From Hyphomicrobium sp. MC1 (lineage in GTDB: Bacteria > Pseudomonadota > Alphaproteobacteria > Rhizobiales > Hyphomicrobiaceae): DNA of 32,000 bases. The notes below the pieces were generated by a model. The model was not told the DNA's origin and made no database searches. It saw only the letters and a list, made by a program, of their open reading frames with translations. Location of the stretch: assembly GCF_000253295.1 (NCBI RefSeq), contig NC_015717.1, positions 3,188,575 to 3,220,574 of the forward strand, read 5' to 3'. This document shows positions 1 through 9,700 of the stretch, piece after piece; position 1 is the first letter of the stretch; each line of letters begins with the position of its first letter. Both the position numbers and the translations under genes were made by a program.

Positions 1-437
1 ATGCGCTCGCCAGCGATCTCACGCTCGAACTGTGCAAACGACAGCAGCATGTTGAGTGTTAGGCGCCCCATCGACGTCGTCGTGTTGAACTGCTGAGTCA
101 CCGACACAAACGAAGCGCCATGTGCATCGAATATGTCGACGATCTTGGCAAAGTCCGCCAGAGAGCGGGTCAGCCGGTCGACTTTGTAGACGACAACGAT
201 CTGGGCTTTGCCAGCCTTGATGTCGCCGAGCAGTCGCTGAAGCGCGGGACGTTCCATCGTTCCGCCGGAAAGGCCACCATCGTCATAGAGGTCAGAGACC
301 GCAGTCCAGCCCGCGTGCTTCTGGCTCTTAATGAAAGCTTCACAGGCCTCCCGCTGGGCGTCGAGAGAGTTGAATTCCTTCTCCAGCCCCTCATCCGAGG
401 ACTTGCGGGTGTAGATCGCGCAGCGGACTTTGATCAT
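1..437 (-). CDS. Large serine recombinase, N-terminal resolvase-type catalytic domain (gene continues beyond the left window edge)
   Basis: Absent from the ORF track because it is open at the window edge. The reverse complement from ATG 437-435 reads MIKVRCAIYTRKSSDEGLEKEFNSLDAQREACEAFIKSQKHAGWTAVSDLYDDGGLSGGTMERPALQRLLGDIKAGKAQIVVVYKVDRLTRSLADFAKIVDIFDAHGASFVSVTQQFNTTTSMGRLTLNMLLSFAQFEREIAGER. This has the YxRxSS nucleophile region, DGGxSG and VDRLxR motifs typical of serine recombinases. ATGA start/stop overlap with the upstream DUF2924 frame. Confidence 0.9.
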   Translation of the reverse strand, partial: MIKVRCAIYTRKSSDEGLEKEFNSLDAQREACEAFIKSQKHAGWTAVSDLYDDGGLSGGTMERPALQRLLGDIKAGKAQIVVVYKVDRLTRSLADFAKIVDIFDAHGASFVSVTQQFNTTTSMGRLTLNMLLSFAQFEREIAGER

Positions 438-918
438 TCGGGACGCCTCACCTGAGTAGAGGACGCGGCATCGCTCGCGCCGCTGGTCAACCCGAAGAAG
501 CGCGGTCCAGACCAGCGGGCGCCCGTGATTTCGCGGGCGACGACCGACAATGATGCATAGCGCTGTCCCCGCCATTCGACGCCATCGTCCAAGATGATGA
601 CGGTATGCGTCTGCCCGTGCCATTCCCGGATCAGGCGGTACCGCCTTGACGAACGGGCCGCCGGCGGCTTCTGCTCAAGAGATCTTCCGAAGTCGAGGAC
701 TGAAGCTTGCGAAGTGTGCCTTTCGCCAATCCGCCATGTGCCAGCTCTTGGAGCCTGTAGGTGATCCCACGTAGCAGGATATCGCGGCTCAGGCGTTTGG
801 GTGGCGACGTCTGATAGAGACGTCGCCACTCACTGCGCAATGCATCGATCGTAAGGCTCTCGAGCCCCACGATCTCTGCGGCTAAGTCCAGCGACGGCTT
901 TGCCATTTCAGCGGCCAT
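434..918 (-). pseudogene. DUF2924-family protein, disrupted by a single-base frameshift
   Basis: The N-terminal half is in ORF 631..918(-): MAKPSLDLAAEIVGLESLTIDALRSEWRRLYQTSPPKRLSRDILLRGITYRLQELAHGGL. The C-terminal half is in ORF 434..829(-): RLIREWHGQTHTVIILDDGVEWRGQRYASLSVVAREITGARWSGPRFFGL. The frames join at minus-strand GGT ACC|GCC TGA (642-631). One extra C would give the family motif GTRLIREW. Confidence 0.75.
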
Positions 919-1258
919 GACGGGAAACGATGCGATACCGCCGCAACTCCCCGTCGGATTTCGAGGATGTCAGAGCGAGTCCGAGTTTCTTCTTGACTGT
1001 TCCCGCGAGGAAGCCTCGGACACTGTGCTGTTGCCACTCAGTCGCTTGCATCATGTCGGGGATGGTCGCGCCGTTGCGCTCCCTCAACAGCGACAGGATG
1101 CGCTCCTGCTTTGTGCTGCGCGCTGGTGTGTCAGGCTGTCCTGTAGGTGCTGCCGCTGGTTTTGGCTGTTTCAGATTGCGCTTCGATTTGCTCGCTTTGC
1201 TGGCTGGCGGAGTTGCTCGCGTGGCTTTGGTCAAGGAATGAACTTCAACTGCGGTCAT
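908..1258 (-). CDS. DUF3489-family small DNA-binding-like protein
   Basis: From the internal Met (MTAVEVHSL...) the C-terminus reads KQERILSLLRERNGATIPDMMQATEWQQHSVRGFLAGTVKKKLGLALTSSKSDGELRRYRIV, matching the DUF3489 pattern as I recall it. It is the first gene of the DUF3489-DUF2924-recombinase triad. The start is chosen at 1258 rather than 1318 and is uncertain. Confidence 0.75.
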   Translation of the reverse strand: MTAVEVHSLTKATRATPPASKASKSKRNLKQPKPAAAPTGQPDTPARSTKQERILSLLRERNGATIPDMMQATEWQQHSVRGFLAGTVKKKLGLALTSSKSDGELRRYRIVSRHGR

Positions 1259-1701
1259 GTTGGGCTCCGTGGCTATTGGCGCGCCCCGTTGGCGCTCCCA
1301 CTGCCCGAAGCCCCGCAACCGCGAGGCGACCTCTCAGATATTCAGCAAGCCAAAGGGCCGTCCGCCGATGTCCCTATACCAATGCGTCCTTTGCGACAGA
1401 AGTCGAGGTCTGATTTCGCTGTGGCGGCCAATCTCGGAATATCAGTTAAACAACTCTGTCAGTGCATTGGGTTTTAAGTTCGGTCGACAGACAGATTAAG
1501 ACGGCATCAGCCGACCGCATTGTCGCCGATAGCTGGGAAGCGCCGGTAATCCCCGTCCACACGTTGGAAAATCACGTTGATGACGATTGGCAGGTCCCCA
1601 TAAGGTCCAATATCCACGCAATCCATATGTGTCGGGGAGGATGCCGTCGACCAACATCATTATGATCTTCTGCAGTTTTGATTCTTTCATAGGCCATATT
1701 G

Positions 1702-3648
1702 ATGCGGCTCAAACGCGCCGAGATTTTTAATTACCGATCCATCAGACAGGCGACGATCGAATTCGGCGACCAGACCCGGCTGATCGGGGGCAACGGATGC
1801 GGAAAGTCATCCGTAGTCAAGGCATTGGAATTGTTCTACGCGCCCGCGAAAACAACAGTCTCCCGCGATGACTTCTTCGGCCGCGATGAAGCGAACGAAA
1901 TTGAGATCGCGCTCACCTTCCATGAGTTCTCCGACCAAGAGAAAGAGACGTTTAAGGGTCACATCACTGAGTCCGGGGAGCTAAGCGTTAGCCGCGTTTT
2001 CTCGGCGAATGGCGGCAAAAACAACGGCAAATACCACGGTGTGCAGCTCGCGTACCCGGCCTTCCAGGCTGTGCGCGCTGCCGGCAAGGCAGCAGAGAAA
2101 TCTGAGGCATACAAGGCGCTGCTTCCCGAACATCCTGACCTAGACAAGGGTGCGAAAACAGCAGCGGCAATTGAGGCTGCGATGGCCGCCTGGGAAGCTG
2201 CAAATCCTGAGAAATGCCAAGCGCTGCGAGACGACGGCCAGTTCTTCGGCTTTGAGGGCGTCGCACAGGGAAAGCTGTCCTCGTCAACCGCTTTCGTGTT
2301 CGTACCTGCCGTCAGGGACGCAGCGCAGGATGTCGCTGAAGGGAAAGGGACCCCTATTACCTTACTGATGGATCTGATCGTCCGGTCGGCAATAGAGGCG
2401 CGACCGGAGATCAAGGAGTTCAGGGCTAAGGTTGAAAGCGAATACCAGGCACTCACTGATCCTGCGAAGCTCACTGAGCTCGGCGGGCTTGCTACTACGT
2501 TGTCTGGCACGCTGAGCACCTACTATCCGGAAACTTCCGTAGAACTGGATTGGCTCCAACGGGATGCGCTGAAAGTGCCGCTGCCGAATGCAGCAATCCG
2601 GTTAAATGATGATGGCTTCTCTACGGCCGTCGACAGGACTGGGCACGGCTTGCAACGCGCGCTGATCTTAACTTTGCTCCAGCATTTGGCGACGGCCAGC
2701 ATGAAGTCGGAAGACGTCACTGAGGAGATGAGCGGAACTCCCACCGAACCCGATCTCATCCTCGCCATCGAGGAGCCCGAGGTATATCAGCACCCAACAA
2801 AGCAAAGGCATTTTGCTCGCGTCTTGGATTTGCTGAGCAGCGGCAAGCTAGCCGGTATCGGCAAGCGCATCCAAGTTATCTACTGTTCCCACTCGCCGAT
2901 GTTTGTTGCTATGGAGCAGTTCGACCAGGTGCGTCTGATGAGGCGCATTAAGAAGGAGGGGCAGAGAGAATCGGTCCCACATGCCGTTTCCCTTGCCGAT
3001 GTCGCGACGGAACTAGACGCCGCACATCAGGCGGAGGGCAAGTTCAGCGCAGATCGTCTGCGGAGTAGACTCCACATCATCGATATAGGTGTGGCCGAAG
3101 GGTTCTTCTCCACCGTCACCGTGCTTGTAGAAGGGCCGAGCGATCGGGCAGCGCTCCTCGCCGCGGCTAGATACCTCGGCAAAGATTTGGAGCAGAACGA
3201 AGTAGCTGTCGTCTCCGTCAATGGTAAAGCCAACATTGACCGTCCTGCCGCTGTTTTCCGCGGGCTTGGAATTCCGGTCTACGCTGTATGGGACTGTGAT
3301 GAGGGCACCAATGATTTTCGGCCCGAGACCAACAAGGCACTTCAACGCCTGTTCAAGACGCCCGAGGCCGAAATTGTCGACGCTGTTGACCGCATTACGA
3401 CGAATTATGCTTGCTTCCGCGTCAAGCTTGAGGAAACGCTGAAGGCAGAAATCGGCGCTGAATTTTACCGCAAAAAGATGGATGAGCTTAAGACTAAGTT
3501 CGAAATCACAAAAGATAACGATGCGCAGAAATCGCCTGTCGTGATGTTCGATCTTATCGTTGAAGCCGCTAATGCGGGCAATGTTCCCAAGACCTTGGTC
3601 GCAATCGTCGAGGCGGTGATTGCACTTCGTCCTACACCAGAAATATGA
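1702..3648 (+). CDS. OLD-family ATP-dependent nuclease (N-terminal ABC-type ATPase plus C-terminal Toprim)
   Basis: Walker A GGNGCGKS (1786-1809). ABC-signature-like GHGLQRAL. Walker B-like LILAIEEPEVYQHP. Toprim motifs VLVEGPSD (3121-3144) and WDCDEG (3289-3306). The track starts at TTG 1699 and the adjacent ATG 1702 is equally possible. Confidence 0.85.
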   Translation: MRLKRAEIFNYRSIRQATIEFGDQTRLIGGNGCGKSSVVKALELFYAPAKTTVSRDDFFGRDEANEIEIALTFHEFSDQEKETFKGHITESGELSVSRVFSANGGKNNGKYHGVQLAYPAFQAVRAAGKAAEKSEAYKALLPEHPDLDKGAKTAAAIEAAMAAWEAANPEKCQALRDDGQFFGFEGVAQGKLSSSTAFVFVPAVRDAAQDVAEGKGTPITLLMDLIVRSAIEARPEIKEFRAKVESEYQALTDPAKLTELGGLATTLSGTLSTYYPETSVELDWLQRDALKVPLPNAAIRLNDDGFSTAVDRTGHGLQRALILTLLQHLATASMKSEDVTEEMSGTPTEPDLILAIEEPEVYQHPTKQRHFARVLDLLSSGKLAGIGKRIQVIYCSHSPMFVAMEQFDQVRLMRRIKKEGQRESVPHAVSLADVATELDAAHQAEGKFSADRLRSRLHIIDIGVAEGFFSTVTVLVEGPSDRAALLAAARYLGKDLEQNEVAVVSVNGKANIDRPAAVFRGLGIPVYAVWDCDEGTNDFRPETNKALQRLFKTPEAEIVDAVDRITTNYACFRVKLEETLKAEIGAEFYRKKMDELKTKFEITKDNDAQKSPVVMFDLIVEAANAGNVPKTLVAIVEAVIALRPTPEI

Positions 3649-3697
3649 GCTGCATTCCCCTTATGTAGCGGAAGTCATTGGCGGAGGGTAATTAGTC

Positions 3698-5107
3698 ATG
3701 AATGAAATTATCTGCCCGCACTGCGGGAAGGCGTTCAAGATCGATGAGTCCGGATACGCCGATATCCTGAAGCAAGTTCACGACAGCGAGTTCGAGAAGC
3801 AGCTGCACGAACGGCTTGAATTGGCCGAGCAAGACAAACGAAGCGCCGTCGAACTCGCCCGAACTAAGGTCGCCAGTGAATTTCAGAACACATCCGCAGC
3901 CAAAGACGCTGAAATTCAGGAACTGAAGTCAAAGCTCGAGGCCGGTGAGGTTGCGCGGCAGCTCGCCGTGACTCGGGCGCTAAGTGCCGTGGAAAAGGAG
4001 CGCGATTCGCTAGCGAACGAACTTACCCAGGCCAAGAATGACAAGAAAGCCGCTTCCGAGCTGGGCGAGGCAAGATTAGCGAACGAATTGCAGAAGGCAG
4101 TCAGTACGAAGGACGCGGAGATCCAGGACCTGAAGGCCAAGCTTGCCGCCGCCGAAGTTGCCCACAAGCTCGCGATCAACGAAGCTGTCAATGTAGTTGA
4201 AAAGGAGCGCGACGTACTGAAGAGCGGCGTTGAGCGAGCGGAGCTTGAGAAGCAACTCGCAGAAAAGGCGCTGAAAGACAAGTACGAAACGCAGATAAAG
4301 GATCGGGATGACGCGATCGAGCGCCTCCGGGACATGAAGGCTCGACTGTCGACCAAGATGGTTGGCGAAACCCTTGAGCAGCACTGCGAAACTGAGTTCA
4401 ACCGCATTCGCGCGACGGCGTTTCCGAGGGCATATTTCGAGAAGGACAACGACACGCGGACTGGCAGCAAGGGCGATTACATCTTTCGTGACTCGGACGA
4501 GTCTGCCACTGAGATCATATCGATTATGTTCGAGATGAAGAACGAGAGTGATCGCACCACAACGAAGAACAAGAACGAGGACTTTTTAAAGGAACTCGAC
4601 AAGGATCGCACCGAGAAGGGTTGTGAATATGCGGTACTGGTCTCCCTGCTCGAACCTGACAGTGAACTTTACAACACCGGGATCGTTGACGTTTTTCATC
4701 GCTATCCGAAGATGTACGTCGTCCGACCGCAGTTCTTTATTCCAATCATCACGCTTCTGCGGAACGCCGCAATAAACTCCCTCAAGTACAAGTCGGAGCT
4801 GGCGCTCATCAGGGCGCAGAATATAGATATCACTAACTTCGAAACCCAGCTTGAGACATTCAAGACTGGATTCGCAAAGAACTATGACCTCGCGTCCAAG
4901 CGTTTCCAAACGGCGATCGACGAGATCGACAAATCGATCGACCATCTACAGAAGACCAGGGATGCCCTAATTGGCGCCGATCGGAACCTTCGTCTTGCGA
5001 ACGACAAGGCGCAGGACGTTACGCTCAAGAAGCTTACTCGAGGCAACCCGACGATGGCAGCCAAGTTTGCCGATCTTAAGGACAATGGCCCCTCAGATGC
5101 TGGATGA
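3698..5107 (+). CDS. DUF2130-family protein: N-terminal CPHC Zn-ribbon-like motif, long coiled coil with a 69-aa tandem duplication, C-terminal PD-(D/E)xK-like nuclease fold
   Basis: N-terminus [27 protein letters not shown] and the overall layout match DUF2130 as I recall it. Putative nuclease triad is D260 (GDYIF) and E279-x-K281 (MFEMK). GGAGGG Shine-Dalgarno lies 8-13 nt upstream of the ATG. The gene starts 49 nt after the OLD gene. Confidence 0.8.
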   Translation: MNEIICPHCGKAFKIDESGYADILKQVHDSEFEKQLHERLELAEQDKRSAVELARTKVASEFQNTSAAKDAEIQELKSKLEAGEVARQLAVTRALSAVEKERDSLANELTQAKNDKKAASELGEARLANELQKAVSTKDAEIQDLKAKLAAAEVAHKLAINEAVNVVEKERDVLKSGVERAELEKQLAEKALKDKYETQIKDRDDAIERLRDMKARLSTKMVGETLEQHCETEFNRIRATAFPRAYFEKDNDTRTGSKGDYIFRDSDESATEIISIMFEMKNESDRTTTKNKNEDFLKELDKDRTEKGCEYAVLVSLLEPDSELYNTGIVDVFHRYPKMYVVRPQFFIPIITLLRNAAINSLKYKSELALIRAQNIDITNFETQLETFKTGFAKNYDLASKRFQTAIDEIDKSIDHLQKTRDALIGADRNLRLANDKAQDVTLKKLTRGNPTMAAKFADLKDNGPSDAG

Positions 5108-5117
5108 GGCAGGTCAT

Positions 5118-5137
5118 ACGCGGCCAAGGCGCGTTTT
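5118..5137 (+). terminator. Possible small intrinsic terminator after the DUF2130 gene
   Basis: ACGCG (5118-5122) pairs with CGCGT (5130-5134) around a 7-nt loop, followed by a TTT/TTTT run, 11 nt after the stop codon. The stem is only 5 bp, so support is weak. Confidence 0.3.
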
Positions 5138-5315
5138 GACCCTGCAATTCCGCATATGGGCGTCGACGTTCCTGCGGGCTATCTGGCTTCCGGCCCGCCG
5201 CATCCGAATGAAATTCCTTCGGACCCAAGCCTCCGCTAACAAGTGCACGAGACGGTCAGCCATCTCGATGTCTGGTTCTCTACGTCGCAGAATAGAACTT
5301 ACGGCACAGCGTGAT

Positions 5316-6704
5316 TCATCTGCTAGGCAGTTGACGGGCCTTGAGTTGAGAGGGGTATGCCACCTGATCTCCTGCGTCCCGATCAGTGCGATCTTCGCTG
5401 ATCACCTTAAGGGGTATGGCGCCGGCAACAGTTGATCGCTCAATGGCAATATCTCCTCCGACGCTTCCAAGAAACCCCCGCAGCTTGTCGAGATCTCCAC
5501 ACCACTGAACTTCGACATCACGGTCTCGCGAGCGGTCGCGCGGTACACCCTGAGGCGCAAATGCGACAATCCGCATTTGCAATCTCTCGGCTTCAGGCGA
5601 ACCATTGATCTCAAGGCCGAAGCCCGGCGTATTCGCGTGCCGCATCACGACGGCGTCGCCCTTGGCGAAAGCTGTCGCCATGCCTTCTTGTACTTCATAG
5701 CCTAGGCTTGACAGGCCTTGGAGGATCGCCTTTCGGCGCGCTTCAGCGGCCAACCGGTTAATCTCTGATGTTACGAGAACCTTCGCGGACGCGATCAACT
5801 CATTGGCCTGCGCTGCATTTGAGGCAGTGATGGCGGTCTTTAGGTTGGCAGCGAGCGCTCTCGCGGCTTCGGAGTTGAAGCGCCGAACTTCAGCTAATTG
5901 CTCGCGAAGTTTCGCGACTAGATAGTTGTTCTCTCGAGCCACACGAGTAGCGTCAGCCAAATCCGCGACGAGGCTATCGGTTAGCAATCGCTTTCGAGTC
6001 TGTGAAGGTTCGGCACCGATTGCTGTTATCCGCTGCTCAAAGATTTCCCGGTTAGGGCCACCTAAGGAACCGAGTTCAACGATAAAGTTGTCGATACGTT
6101 TGAGGCGCTCGTCTTCATGGTTTTCGAGATTTTCGACACGCCATTTAGCGAAACTTGTTGAACGCTCGCCGGCCGCAAGTCTGGCTGCTATCTCACTCGT
6201 CCGCTCCTGCGCCACACTGGTCGCACTATTGCCGGCGAGAACGGCGTAGGCATCAGCAAATGCACGATCCGTATCCGCATTGTTTTCATTTCCCGCAGCA
6301 ATTTCCTCAAGTAATGAGAGCAGCTCTGTCGACACATCCTTTCCAGCGGTCCGTAGCTTGGAAATCACTGCGTTAGCCGCCGCGCAACGCCTGCGCTTTC
6401 TTGTCCGCTTCGCCGCTGCCCTCTCAATCGCTGCGGCCAGCCGAGCCTGCGCATCTTCCTCTAAGAACTTGATTTCTTCCGGTACTGCTTTTTGAAGATC
6501 GAGGAATGCGTTCGCATCCAAAAGCGCGCGGAGTTCATCCCGCCGCTTGTGAACGGCGGCAATGTCCGCTTCGTTAATTCCGTTGGCGCGTTTCCCAGAT
6601 TCCGTCCAGCCCTCTATCGCGGCGTCAAGCCGAGCGAGATGCTGCTCGCAGATAGCTAGAATTTCCTCTCTCGTTACAATCCGAACGACTTTTGGACCGC
6701 TCAT
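5316..6704 (-). CDS. Hypothetical 462-aa protein, predominantly alpha-helical/coiled-coil with a small C-terminal domain; fourth gene of the candidate system
   Basis: The start is taken at MSGPKVVRIVTREEIL (ATG 6704-6702), which forms an ATGA overlap with the stop (6703-6701) of the giant gene. A GGGAGAG Shine-Dalgarno lies just upstream. The 65 residues the track adds upstream would overlap the giant gene. Ala/Glu/Arg/Leu-rich heptad-like sequence with no domain I can name. Confidence 0.7.
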   Translation of the reverse strand: MSGPKVVRIVTREEILAICEQHLARLDAAIEGWTESGKRANGINEADIAAVHKRRDELRALLDANAFLDLQKAVPEEIKFLEEDAQARLAAAIERAAAKRTRKRRRCAAANAVISKLRTAGKDVSTELLSLLEEIAAGNENNADTDRAFADAYAVLAGNSATSVAQERTSEIAARLAAGERSTSFAKWRVENLENHEDERLKRIDNFIVELGSLGGPNREIFEQRITAIGAEPSQTRKRLLTDSLVADLADATRVARENNYLVAKLREQLAEVRRFNSEAARALAANLKTAITASNAAQANELIASAKVLVTSEINRLAAEARRKAILQGLSSLGYEVQEGMATAFAKGDAVVMRHANTPGFGLEINGSPEAERLQMRIVAFAPQGVPRDRSRDRDVEVQWCGDLDKLRGFLGSVGGDIAIERSTVAGAIPLKVISEDRTDRDAGDQVAYPSQLKARQLPSR

Positions 6705-9700
6705 GCCGCTCTCCCGCCTGGATTGCTCAGCGCCGACGCGATAGCCGCGCGGAGGCGCTCCTGCTCGTAGGTTCGACGCGCATACCATTCGGCACACGAG
6801 ATTCGATGAAGTGAACGCACCGTGTTCGAGAGAATTCGCGGCCGCCATAACTCGCGCGCTCTGGCGCGGGCAAGAATTTGGTGTTGGGGTGCATCGCACT
6901 CGATGCCAATGCCATAGAGACCGGTGTTTGGGTTCACAATAGCTAGGTCGACGTTGAATGCGTCGTCTTGGTCACCCGGGACGGGATCATAACCGATTTC
7001 TCTGATGAAGCGCTCTACCGAGCGCTTGAATGCATCGCCTAAATCGTGATCCCGCCCCTCCGTCCGCTTGCCCTCTGTTACCATCCGTCGACAGAGTGAT
7101 CGCGCGGCATCTAGATCCTGTGCGGTAATGGCTCGACCGAATTCCAGATATCCTTGGAGGTAGTCACGCTCAGTCATTGGCGGCCGATGCGTTGACAACA
7201 TGTCGGACACGTCGCCAATTGGGATTGAAGTCGCAACAATGACTTTTCTCTTGGCTCGCGTGATCGCGACATTCAAGCGACGTCGGCCGCCATGCTGGCC
7301 AAGCACACCAAAGTTTCGGCGAAACGAGCCATGCTCGTTGCGCCCAAACGTCGTTGAGAAGATGATTACATCGCGCTCGTCGCCTTGCACATTTTCGACG
7401 TTCTTGACGAAGAAACCAATGTCTTCGTGATCCTGTGTCCGCTGCTGCTCTTCGATATAGGCCCCTCGGAACGCCTCGTCTTCTTCTGCTCGTTCTTCAA
7501 GGCGGTCCTCGATCAAATCGGCCTGCTTACGATTGAATGTTACGACTCCAATAGAGGGGCGTCGTTGCTGGGGTTCCGACCAATAGTCTGCGAGGAGGCC
7601 AACGATGCGATCTGCTTCCTCCAAGTTGGTTTGCTTGGAATAGGTGCCGTTAACGTGTACGATTTCGATCGGGCACTGTTGCAGCACAACCGAGTCGGGG
7701 TGTTGGATAGGGACGTTCAGCCGATTGCCGTAAAATGCTGCGTTAGAGAAGGCGATGAGCTCTCGGTAGGCGGACCGATAGTGAACTTCGAGCATGGTTG
7801 TCGGTAGCGACACTCGAGCCAGATTTAGGAGATCTGGACAGTCCTTGATCTCACGGCGGTTCCAGGTTTCCTCTAATGCTTCGCGGGCGCTTTCACTTAG
7901 CGCTGTATCATCTACATCAACGTCAAGATCTTCCTCATCGTCTTCAATGCGCCCCGCAAAGAACGACGTCGGCGGCATCTGTTTTTCATCGCCACTCACA
8001 ACCGCAATTCCCGCCCTAAAAAGCGTCGGAAGTGCATACTCGATGGGCATCTGCGATGCCTCGTCATAGACGACAACATCGAACAGTCCGGGCGTCAGTG
8101 GGAAGATTCGGCTTGCCACATCTGGATTCACCAGCCAAACTGGCCGCAATTCAAAAAGTCCGAGATCCCGTCCGTTTTCAATGAGATCGCGAATACTAGA
8201 TCGCAACACACCGTTCGCCGCGCGTAGCCGCGTAATACTTGTCCATGTCTGCTGCGAGCCCTGAACCTGATTGTTGTCGACGCCATCGGCCAAAAGGCGA
8301 CTATTGAGGACGCGGATTTTTTGATCGGCATCAGCGAGTGATTGAATTTTTGTTTCTATCTCGCCCTGGTCCATGAGCAACGATGGTTCACGTTCCTCTA
8401 GCGCAGCTTTCAACGCTAGGCGGGGCTCACGAGCGATGATCCGCCGAACCATGGCGGTAAGTTCGCTTGTTGGTAGGATCTCTAGCGGTCCCTCAACTTC
8501 ACGCAAACACTCGAACACTGCAAGGACCATCCCGTCTTGCCCTGCCACGCGCCGACGGAACTCTTGAAACGCCTCCACCGTCGGCAAGGCTCCAGCAATC
8601 GGTCCAACCCGTGCCGTGTTCGACTTGCCCATTGCAATTGCTGATTGACAGGACGACGACCACTTTTCTTCGAACCAGCTCCCAAGGGCCTCAAGTGCGG
8701 CCGCGCTATCCGCTCGTGCTTTGCACCGCTTGATTGCCTGTGCCACCTCTTCAAAGAATATCGGTAACGCATGGTTCTTGGTTGCCTCAAATGCCATATT
8801 CGGCTGAGGTCCTTGAGCGAGCATATCGGCGACCGCAGCGACGTTTCCAAGCGACTGGCGTAGGTCCGCGGTTAGACGTCGAATGCTGCTGATTGGTAGA
8901 TCGCCGACCGTAGGATTATCAATGTCAAGATCTTCAAGGATCCTCTGCAGCCGCTGCTTAACAGCTCGTAGCTCGCGCTCAAATCGTATCGCCGCGTGCA
9001 ATAGCGCAACGTCATGTTTTTCTCCCAGCTTATGATCGCGGAGAAAGCGCCTGAGCTGCCTGAGCGCGGTGTACCTAAAAGGGCTCAGTCGGCTGATAAG
9101 CGACGTCGAGGCAAGCACGCGGCCGGATGCGCGCTCAAGTTTGGAAAAGATTGTCCCGTCAAGGGAGAGGAGAACGCGCTGGAGCTCGACCGGCGGTGCG
9201 GAAGAGGCCTCCTTGTCCAATATCGTAAGAAGTTCGTCGAGTTCTAAGATCAAGCCTCTTCCATCCTCCTTTTCAGTCAGGACGGCGGAGACGGGCCGGA
9301 ACAAGGAAATCCAGCGCGCCAGATTCTCTCGCTGTTCGCCGCGCTGCGCGGCGACCACATCAGTTGAGTCGGAGAGCCACGTGAGCGTGTCGCCGGGGTT
9401 CTCGACTTCAAAAACGGCGGATCTCTCTGCAATTATATGTACGCGCATTGCTTCGACGGAGGCAAAGCGTTCGAAGTCCTCGCTAAACGCGCGCACCGTC
9501 GCAGGATCGGCTTGAAATATCTTTAGTACGCGCAGAGGGCTTCGTTCAAATTTCGAGGGTAGCCAATAGCGCGCCAGCGAGGCACACGCCTCCTCAATAG
9601 CAGTCCGCTGTGCGGGAGGTAGAGATTGGAGAAGGCGACGAAGTTTTGGTACATCAATTGGCGGTACCCCAGCGGCTTCTAGATCAACCAGTTCGCTAAG

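Larger units (their letters stand above)
1..1258 (-). mobile_element. Recombination/integration module (DUF3489 - DUF2924 - large serine recombinase) of a putative genomic island or integrative element; element ends not visible
   Basis: Three co-oriented, tightly spaced or overlapping genes of a triad that recurs at the ends of alphaproteobacterial islands (established knowledge, from memory). No att or repeat boundary can be identified because the recombinase side leaves the window. Confidence 0.55.

Noticed and set aside
120-455. 111-aa plus-strand ORF at the left edge
   Set aside because: It lies antisense to a very clear serine-recombinase reading frame (1-437, minus) and has no recognisable motifs.
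631-645. Programmed -1 ribosomal frameshift in the DUF2924 gene
   Set aside because: There is no X-XXY-YYZ slippery heptamer at the junction (GGTACCGCCTGA) and no obvious downstream structure. A one-base deletion or sequencing error is the simpler explanation.
917-1477. 186-aa plus-strand ORF, plus other ORFs overlapping 908-1318
   Set aside because: Antisense or alternative frames of the DUF3489 gene. Cys/Arg-rich low-complexity translation typical of wrong-frame reading in GC-rich DNA.
1496-1690. 64-aa minus-strand ORF divergent from the OLD gene
   Set aside because: No recognisable motif, no clear Shine-Dalgarno, and its start codon would sit only ~10 bp from the OLD start. It cannot be supported as a gene, though a small regulator cannot be excluded.
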